A stretch of 64,000 nt of DNA from Armatimonadota bacterium (GTDB lineage: Bacteria > Armatimonadota > UBA5829 > DSUL01). A program made the translations under genes and the position numbers. Below the pieces are notes generated by a model. The model saw only the letters and a list, made by a program, of their open reading frames with translations. It did no database searches and had not been told where the DNA came from. This document shows, piece by piece, positions 9,618-16,857 of the stretch (positions within the stretch are counted from its first letter, which is position 1; each line of letters starts with the position of its first letter). The DNA lies in NCBI GenBank assembly GCA_039811685.1, contig JBDHZC010000005.1, positions 64,001-128,000 on the forward strand, written 5' to 3'.

Positions 9618-11090
9618 ATGGTTTACAATGGAGTTATGGTCGTCGCCCGGCAGAAAGGCCCTGCCGGCCACTATGCAGCTGTCCTCGCGATAGCCGCATT
9701 CGTGTCCGCAGTGTGTGCTGCACAAGCGGCGTGCGAACTGCCAACTCACGGTTGGGAGTTCACAGTCGCAGCGGAGCACACGCCGGCTGTAGCGATCAGT
9801 AGAGACGGCTCGCGCATCGCCGTTTCCGACTGGGCGGCCATCTATCTACTTGACCGGCAGGGCAAGGTGCTGTGGACCGCGAAGGCGCCACCGAAGAGTG
9901 GCTTCGGAGTGACCGCCATCTCTGACACCGGCCATCGTGTGCTGTGCTGGAAGATTCGGCGCCTCCCAAGTGTGGACAACGAGGATATCGACTACAACGC
10001 GGTGCTCTTCAACGGCGCCAACGGGCAGGTGCTGACCGAGATCGAGCTGGACGGGGGCCGAGTGCCGACGGCGCTGTCTGGCGATGGACGGTATATTCTG
10101 GCGGGCTATCCGCCGGACGGCCTGGGCCTGGAAATGGCAGCACAGCCTGATCCCGCCAACTACCTCATGCTCTTAGATGACACCGGCAAGACCGTCTGGC
10201 GCTCAGACAAGCTTGCCCAAAAGCCCGTTGTCGGAGCGGCTTACGGCTTTTTATCCCACACCGGTTCCTATGCGCTGCTCGGCGCAAAAGACCGCCTGAA
10301 CCTTGTGACCATCGGCGGCTATCACCTTTTCGACATTGCACTGACGTCAGACCCTGCCGTTTCCGCCGACGCTGACTTGATCATGATGGGCGCCACACCC
10401 GTGTTGTCCACAGACGTTCAGAAGTATGAGACCGCATGGCCTGTTGTCGCGCCACAGGGTGAGCAAGAGCCGCAGACATGGGGCCATGAGTCCTTTGGCT
10501 TCAAGACGTACACTGCAGCCGCGGCGCTCGCCTTGGTCCGCGTCGGGGATGTGGCCGAGGAGTCGCCTCCCCCGAACCGGCGGCATCCCTTTGCGGAGCT
10601 GGTGTGGGCGCATGGCGAGATCTGGGCGGGAAACCGGGAACGAGTGCTGGATGCGCCGAAGCTTCCGCCCATTCCCGCCGGTAATCCTGGACGGCGCGGG
10701 GTTGCCTACGGATCGGCTGGGCTGCTGGCAATTGTCGACCACACGCTGTTGGCGGCAGAGCTTGGGCAGGAGCACGCGGTGAAGTTGCTACGCCTGCCAG
10801 GGCTGGGGATTGTGAAAAGGGTCGGCGTGTCCAGCAACGCTTCCCGCGCCTACACTCTCGTCGCCGTCCCCGCTGGGTCCGATCTAGTGGGACGCGGCCC
10901 CAGCACGGGTTCGGCGGCTTCCGCTCTTGTCTGCACCGTCTGGGACAGGTCTGCCAAACCTGTTGCAACAATGCCTCTTTCAGAGCAGGAGAGGCCCTTC
11001 GCGATAGCCTTCTCCCACGCAGGCGATCTCCTGATCCTAGCGTGGAAGGGTAAGGTGCAGGCGTTCGAGATCGGAGGCGTCGCCAGGTAA
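9618..11090 (+). CDS. Exported beta-propeller (WD40/PQQ-like) protein
   Basis: GAGGAG RBS before ATG 9618; signal-like hydrophobic stretch; blade motifs VAISRDGSRIAVS, ALSGDGRYILAG, AFSHAGDLLILA. Confidence 0.75.
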   Translation: MVYNGVMVVARQKGPAGHYAAVLAIAAFVSAVCAAQAACELPTHGWEFTVAAEHTPAVAISRDGSRIAVSDWAAIYLLDRQGKVLWTAKAPPKSGFGVTAISDTGHRVLCWKIRRLPSVDNEDIDYNAVLFNGANGQVLTEIELDGGRVPTALSGDGRYILAGYPPDGLGLEMAAQPDPANYLMLLDDTGKTVWRSDKLAQKPVVGAAYGFLSHTGSYALLGAKDRLNLVTIGGYHLFDIALTSDPAVSADADLIMMGATPVLSTDVQKYETAWPVVAPQGEQEPQTWGHESFGFKTYTAAAALALVRVGDVAEESPPPNRRHPFAELVWAHGEIWAGNRERVLDAPKLPPIPAGNPGRRGVAYGSAGLLAIVDHTLLAAELGQEHAVKLLRLPGLGIVKRVGVSSNASRAYTLVAVPAGSDLVGRGPSTGSAASALVCTVWDRSAKPVATMPLSEQERPFAIAFSHAGDLLILAWKGKVQAFEIGGVAR

Positions 11091-11293
11091 CCCGGGTCGA
11101 GAACCCAATGCAGTTGACTTACTACGCCGACTGGAACTCAGAGACCGTAGCGATGGCCGGACTGCTTGCCGGAGGGGACGGCCAGTGCGGCTCCGCCTCA
11201 GGCGCAGCACGACGGCCTGGAGGGCCCGGCCTAGCAGCAGATGGTCGCCTGTCTCACGGATATGAAGACCGCGCTGGGGTGTCCCCAGGCTAT

Positions 11294-11381
11294 GCTTCAT
11301 CCGCGCAGGTGTCCTCACCTGCGCATAGAATTGGCGAGTCCTTCGCCCACTGGCTCCAGATGGGGACACCTGGAGAGATGT
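11294..11381. repeat. Structured repeat, copy R3 (88-bp core, 5' flank absent)
   Basis: Starts at GCTTCATCC and ends GAGATGT; all three hairpins present. Confidence 0.93.
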
Positions 11382-11455
11382 AAAGCTCGACCTGATATCG
11401 AGTGACGTAGCCGGCAGGGAAGCCTCGTATCCATAGCGTTAGAAGGAGTCACTAG

Positions 11456-12538
11456 ATGAAGATCACCGCTGTTGCCAAAGCTCTTCTTGTCTGTTGGTTG
11501 GCGGTCGACGCCGTCAGCCCTGCCGTCGCCGAGAGCTATCTATTCAGTGAAGAGACGAAGCACCCCCTGATCGTCCAGCGCCCGCTGACAGGCATACTGG
11601 TTGATGAGACTATGTACACTCTCTCGATCGCGCCAGAGTCGGGCTATGCGCCTGTACTGACGGAGACGCCGATGACCGCGCTTGCCGCGCCTGTCAGCTA
11701 CGCTCTCACCGCAGTAGCCGACGCCAGACGCCCGGCCTTTCCTGTTCACTGGTCGCTGCGTGGAGGTTTTGTTTGGACGTTGACTGAGTCCGATACGCCG
11801 CTGAGTGGCATAGTGCCGTTTTACTTCAGTCTTCAGCGGACTGCGCTGACTGGCCTGGAGCCGTGTGCCGCAGCCACCACGCATGTGGTCAAGCCCGGTA
11901 CTGTTGCCGATGTGTGGCACGCTCATCTGGCTAAGTGGGAGCGTGTCGCTTTCACTGAGCCCGAGACGCTGAACGACGCGACGCGGGCCGCCCGGCCTCC
12001 CGAGGTACCCTATCCTCTTGCCGCTATCGTGGTGACGGGACCGGTGACCGTCCAGCTTTTCCAGTTGACCGCCCCACATATGATGGGATGGGAGTACCGT
12101 GGGCCGGAGAAGCCTCGGCGGTGGAAAGCCGCGTTTGGGCCGGGGATGGCGCCGATCTCTCCCGAGAGTCAGCGGGGCGTGCCTCTCAAGGAGCGTACTC
12201 ACTCCGGCGACTGGTGGCGCATAGGGATGTTCGACGTTCCCTTCAGCGAGGCCTAGGAAGTGGCCAAGGTCGAAGGTACCTACTACGCCGTGACACAGAG
12301 CGGAGAGGTTTTCTCTCTGGGCGACCTTACCGGGAAAGTAAAGAAGATCGACATAGGAGGCAGACGTGTGACGGCGATTCTGACGCTGGAGGAGAGCGGA
12401 AAGGTGTATCTTTGTTCGCATGAGGACTACGCGCCGCTGTCGGATTCGCCTGGATTCAAATCCATTCCTGGAGGACACCCAGACGTCACCAGATCGGCAA
12501 CGCAGTGCCTGCTGGACCTGGCGAAGGCGTTGAACTAG
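11456..12538 (+). pseudogene. Family X exported protein interrupted by an in-frame TAG at 12254-12256
   Basis: ORFs 11456-12256 and 12260-12538 share a frame; PFSEA*EV aligns with PFAEPFEV of 15380-16381; AAGGAG RBS and signal peptide. Confidence 0.8.
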
Positions 12539-12774
12539 CGCAGGGACTGCCATCCGCACGCAGTGAAGGAAGGCAGCCATCGCGGAGTCAAAGAATCGAG
12601 AAATGAGCGGCTCAGGCGCAGTAAAGCGATCTGAATCTGAAGGCCGCGGAAGCTGCCAGGTCCGATTGGGAGCAGTGGCGGGCAGAGGACCAGAGCCAGT
12701 TTCAGTCCGGCACCAAGATCAAAGCTGAGGCTGGCGCACCCTCGATGTCGCCCGGCCCCGCGGCTCAGCCGTAG
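12539..12774 (+). repeat. Linker repeat: spacer plus HEAT-gene 3' tail
   Basis: Similar to 9185-9414 and 16382-16611. Confidence 0.85.
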
Positions 12775-12874
12775 CGGAGGAACAGCGCTTCATCCGTGCA
12801 GATGAGCGCATCTGCGCATAGAATTGGCGAATCTTTCACCCACTGGCTCCAGGTGGGGACACTTGGAGAGATGT
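12772..12874. repeat. Structured 103-bp repeat, copy R4
   Basis: Ungapped match to R1. Confidence 0.95.
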
Positions 12875-13019
12875 GATGCAAGACGATGCGTTGAGCGGGT
12901 TCTTTAGGCCGGCGGGTCAGTCCGGCTACTACCTCTACAAGAAGCAGTCGCCCAGCGATGTGCGGCTGCAAGATACTGAAGTTCCGTACCCGTAGCGCCT
13001 ATCGGCGAAAGAGGATGAA

Positions 13020-14012
13020 ATGTTTCGACAGTTGATCTGGTTTGTCACAGCAGCGCTCCCTTTGCTCGCACTTGTGCTCGCCGCGGCCGCGTGCGGTGCA
13101 AGCGATATTCCGGTCGCTGTGCCCGCCCCCGGAGAGCCGCCTGTTCTGTTCGCTGCCGAGTCAGCAGGTGTGCTCTACACGGCAACTCTGGAGGCGGACA
13201 AGCGCGTTGCGGTCATCGCCGCCCTGCCGCTTGATCGAGTTGCGGAAAAACGGACTTACACAGTGCCGGTACCCGCTCTCGAATACGAAAGTTTCCAGCG
13301 GCTCCGCTGGAGACTGGGCAGCGGATACGCGTGGCTGCTGCCAACGGTGCTGACGAATGGTGGCTTACGCCGCTACCCGATGTATCGCATTCCGCGCAGC
13401 GAACTCGACAAACTCCTCCACGGCAGTAACGAAGCCAGCGGAAGCGGCTTGAAAGACATGTGGTTTCCGCCGGGCTTTGCGCCACTCACACGCGCGGACG
13501 ATGAATCCGGGGTGAAAGGGCAGCCGATCTACGGAGACTTCTACCCTATCTCTACATCAGCTATCCGGCAGTTCATTTTGCAGGGCAGCGTACTGAGCGT
13601 CTGGGACTACCGCGGAAACCCAGACGCCAAGCGGCCTGCGGAAAGTGACAGAGACCTCACTCCCGTGGCTGACCGAGAGCATTACTTCGACTGGGTCCGC
13701 GTGGTGAAGCTGGAGGCGCCTTTCACGGAGTCCTTCCACGCGTTTCCTCAGAAGGGCGGGTTCCTGCTGGTTACGGACTCCGGCGCGCTCTACTCCGTCG
13801 CGGGCATCAGCACCGGCACTCCAGCGATACGCAGGGTGGATCTGGGCGACGAGCAGATCAGAGTTATCGTGCAGACGGAGGGTGGATCGGCCATTGCGGC
13901 GACGCAGACGAAGCGCCTCGAGCTGTCCTCGGCGCCGAAGCTGTCGCCGCTTTCGCATCCGCACAGCTCACCGACGGCTGCGGCCCTCGATCTGGCCAAA
14001 GCGCTGAAGTAG
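13020..14012 (+). CDS. Putative lipoprotein of unknown function, family X copy 2
   Basis: Duplicate of 8192-9184 at an offset of 4828 bp; differences confined to the 3' part. Confidence 0.85.
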   Translation: MFRQLIWFVTAALPLLALVLAAAACGASDIPVAVPAPGEPPVLFAAESAGVLYTATLEADKRVAVIAALPLDRVAEKRTYTVPVPALEYESFQRLRWRLGSGYAWLLPTVLTNGGLRRYPMYRIPRSELDKLLHGSNEASGSGLKDMWFPPGFAPLTRADDESGVKGQPIYGDFYPISTSAIRQFILQGSVLSVWDYRGNPDAKRPAESDRDLTPVADREHYFDWVRVVKLEAPFTESFHAFPQKGGFLLVTDSGALYSVAGISTGTPAIRRVDLGDEQIRVIVQTEGGSAIAATQTKRLELSSAPKLSPLSHPHSSPTAAALDLAKALK

Positions 14013-14115
14013 TAGCGGGGGAACAGCGCTTCATCCGCGCAGATGAGCTCATCTGCGCAAAGCATTGGCGAGTCCTTCACCCACTGGCTCCAGGTGGGGA
14101 CACCTGGAGAGATGT
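14013..14115. repeat. Structured 103-bp repeat, copy R5
   Basis: Perfect hairpins GCGCAGATG-AGCT-CATCTGCGC and CTCCAGGTG-GGGA-CACCTGGAG. Confidence 0.95.
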
Positions 14116-14300
14116 AAAGCGACGTTCGTGGCGGCAATCAACCAGGAGAGGATCGCGGGTGATAAGGATTACGAGGAGCAGGCCTACGGCGCGGAGGCCG
14201 TGTGCGAAATGGACCTGCTGGAGGAGACGTGCGCGTACGTCACGCCGCCATGTGAGGCGTGTCCATGACCATGGTATGCAGTCCTAGAACGGAGGTCGTT

Positions 14301-15221
14301 TTGAAACTCTTTATTGTGCTACTGCTTGCTGCTGCTCTTTGTGTTACGGCAATATCCGAGGGTGCGTCGGCCGAGCGCACGTGTGCCGCCACCAGGTATT
14401 ACCGCTCCACGGTTTCTGAGTTGGTCGGGCTGCTTTCGAGTGGGCTGTCTATCGACCGGTTCGACGCGGCTCTCGAACTCGGGCGGCGAGGCGATGTGTC
14501 AGTGATCCCTGCAATGAAGGCTGCGCTTGGCGATCCGGAGCGTTTCGTGCGGATGCGGATAGCTGCTGCGCTGCTGGATCTCGGCGATCGAAGCGGCGTG
14601 GAGGTACTTCACGAAGTTGTTACGTCGGGTGAGCCCTACTGGAGTCTGGCAGCGGCGGAGGTGCTTGCCCATCACGGTGACACCTTTGGCCGTGATCTCA
14701 TCAGGAAGGCTCACTCTTCGAGCAGTTGGGTCGCTCGCTCCTCAGCCTTAAGGGCCTCGGCCGACCTTCCGGAGGGGCCGCCCTACGACGCCGTGGCTGC
14801 CGGACTGGAGGACTCGCAGCAGATTGTCCGCTTGACCGCCCTGAGGGCTGCTCAAATGTGCCATGACCCCCGGGTGAAGGATCTGGTCCGCAAGGCGTTG
14901 TCTTCTTCCGATACGCTTCTGAGGGCGCGCGCGGCCATCATAATTGCGGAGGAGGGGCAGCCCGCAGACATTCCGGCTCTGATAGCGCTGTTGACAGCTC
15001 CGGATGGGGTTACCCGTTCTGCCGTTCTCAGAGCACTGCAGTCGCTGACGGGGCGTGCTTCTCCGTCGAAAACCGTTCTGACTCTTAAGGCTGCGACAGC
15101 TATCCGCGCTGAGTGGGAGCAGTGGTGGGCCGAGAACCAGAGCCAGTTCCCGCCTGGTACCAAGATCAAAGCTGAGGCTGGCGCACCCTCGGTGTCGCCC
15201 GGACCCGCGGCTCAGCCGTAG
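14301..15221 (+). CDS. Exported HEAT/PBS-lyase repeat protein
   Basis: GGAGG RBS before TTG 14301; signal peptide; ALGDPERFVRMRIAAALLDLGD repeats; WEQWWAEN tail. Confidence 0.85.
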   Translation: MKLFIVLLLAAALCVTAISEGASAERTCAATRYYRSTVSELVGLLSSGLSIDRFDAALELGRRGDVSVIPAMKAALGDPERFVRMRIAAALLDLGDRSGVEVLHEVVTSGEPYWSLAAAEVLAHHGDTFGRDLIRKAHSSSSWVARSSALRASADLPEGPPYDAVAAGLEDSQQIVRLTALRAAQMCHDPRVKDLVRKALSSSDTLLRARAAIIIAEEGQPADIPALIALLTAPDGVTRSAVLRALQSLTGRASPSKTVLTLKAATAIRAEWEQWWAENQSQFPPGTKIKAEAGAPSVSPGPAAQP

Positions 15222-15321
15222 CGGAGGAACAGCGCTTCATCCGTGCAGAGGAGCGCATCTGCGCATGGACTTGGCGAATCTTTCGCCCACTGGCTCCAGA
15301 TGGGGACACCTGGAGAGATGT
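15219..15321. repeat. Structured 103-bp repeat, copy R6
   Basis: Ungapped match to R1; begins on the HEAT gene stop codon. Confidence 0.95.
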
Positions 15322-15379
15322 AAGTCGCGAATACTGAGCGCAACTGAGATGCACAATGAGAAGCAAAGGACACAGTAAA

Positions 15380-16381
15380 ATGAGGGTACGGAAACGGCCT
15401 CTTCTTCTTCTCTTCGGAGTCCTACTTGTCACCACTCCACCAGCTGTCGGGCAGCCGTCTCCTGGTGTTCGCCTACGTCCTGGTCAAAGCCAACTGGTGC
15501 AGACTCCGCTGACGGCCTCTTCACGTGCGGGCGTTCTTTACACAGTGATCATTGACAAAGGGCGTGCCTTGCTGCGGCAGACGCCTCTTGATACTTCATC
15601 GCCCGTTCGCTTCGCAAGTCTGGAGTCCTCCAGCCGTTTGACCGGTATCGGCCCGATGTTTCCAGCGCATTGGGGACTTGCAGACGGCTTCCTTTGGTCG
15701 CTGGTTCTTGAAGAAGGAGACGCATACTGGGCCAGCCCACATCTAAGCCGCTTCGCGCTGGAGGACATGCGTCTCGTGGACCCGGACAACGCCCTTCCGC
15801 CTCGAGGCGCGCACCGCACAAGGCGCACAGAAGTCCCCCCGTATCCTCTCCTGGATGCCATCGCGGAAGGGTCAAACCGTGACTTACTGGTCTTCCCCGC
15901 GCTTCAGCCCCTGTCGCGCAAATCCGTCCGCCTGTTCGTGCTGCAGCCGCCCGTGCTGACGGTATGGGTGAACGAAGACCCCGCGCTTTTCGCACCACGA
16001 ACGTCCGGACGCAGCGTCGAAGGACGCGTGAAGGAAAAGGGCAGGATTGAGAACTGGTTGAAGGTTGCGTCTATCAGTGTTCCTTTCGCCGAGCCTTTCG
16101 AAGTTGTTGGGTGCGGTTCCGTCTGCTACTTCATCACAGGAAGCGGGGACCTCTATGCAGATAAAGATCTGAAGGCAAGTCCGCAGAAGATCGACACAGG
16201 AGGCAGGCGCGTGACGGCGATTCTGACGCTGGAGGAGAGCGGAAAGGTGTATCTTTGTTCGCACGAGGACTACGCGCCGCTGTCGGATTCGCCTGGATTC
16301 AAATCCATTCCTGGAGGTCACCCAGGCGTCACCAGGTCGGCAACGCAGTGCCTGCTGGACCTGGCCAAAGCGCTGAAGTAG
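15380..16381 (+). CDS. Family X exported protein of unknown function
   Basis: AAGGA RBS; signal peptide; shares AGVLYT, PF.E.F, T.SG.LY and LDLAKAL motifs with other family X genes. Confidence 0.82.
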   Translation: MRVRKRPLLLLFGVLLVTTPPAVGQPSPGVRLRPGQSQLVQTPLTASSRAGVLYTVIIDKGRALLRQTPLDTSSPVRFASLESSSRLTGIGPMFPAHWGLADGFLWSLVLEEGDAYWASPHLSRFALEDMRLVDPDNALPPRGAHRTRRTEVPPYPLLDAIAEGSNRDLLVFPALQPLSRKSVRLFVLQPPVLTVWVNEDPALFAPRTSGRSVEGRVKEKGRIENWLKVASISVPFAEPFEVVGCGSVCYFITGSGDLYADKDLKASPQKIDTGGRRVTAILTLEESGKVYLCSHEDYAPLSDSPGFKSIPGGHPGVTRSATQCLLDLAKALK

Positions 16382-16611
16382 TAGCGGGGTCGGCCGCGCT
16401 CAGTGAAGGAAGTCAGCCATCGCGGAGTCAAAGCATGGAGAAACGAGCGGCTCAGGCGCAGCAAACCGTTCTGACTCTTAAAGCTGCGACAGCTATCCGC
16501 TCCGATTGGGAGCAGTGGTGGGCCGAGAACCAGAGCCAGTTCCCGCCTGGCGCCAAGATCAAAGCTGAGGCCGCACCCCCGGCGTCGCCCGGACCCGCGG
16601 CTCAGCCGTAG
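16382..16611 (+). repeat. Linker repeat: spacer plus HEAT-gene 3' tail
   Basis: Tail 16463-16611 near-identical to 15070-15221. Confidence 0.88.
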
Positions 16612-16711
16612 CGGTGGAACAGCGCTTCACCCGTGCAGAGGAGCGCATCTGCGCATTGAATTGGCGCATCTTTCGCCCACTGGCTCCAGGTGGGGACATC
16701 TGGAGAGATGT
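16609..16711. repeat. Structured 103-bp repeat, copy R7
   Basis: Ungapped match to R1. Confidence 0.95.
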
Positions 16712-16857
16712 AAACAAACAACGTGATGAAGAAGAAGCGTACTCCGAACAGGAGATGTGCGAGAGGCTTACGTTGGACGACTGGTGTACATTTGGTATCC
16801 ACGGGCCCTGCACGGCGTGCGATGATCTCAATGACTAGCAAGATGATGGAGGAAAGA

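Noticed and set aside
12254..12256. Pyrrolysine or amber recoding
   Set aside because: TAG is a regular stop in many genes here and no pyl genes are visible
8192..14012. Diversity-generating retroelement TR/VR pair
   Set aside because: Differences are not adenine-restricted, both copies are full genes, and there is no reverse transcriptase
14013..14115. tRNA, hammerhead ribozyme or group II intron D5 identity for the repeat
   Set aside because: No T-loop GTTCRA or 7-nt anticodon loop, no CUGAUGA/GAAA core and no D5 consensus seen on either strand
7944..16711. CRISPR array
   Set aside because: Repeats are 103 bp, the intervals are gene-sized (over 1 kb), and no cas genes are present
7944..16711. 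Canonical integron attC sites
   Set aside because: No RYYYAAC...GTTRRRY ends, the fold is multibranched rather than one long hairpin, and no intI is in the window
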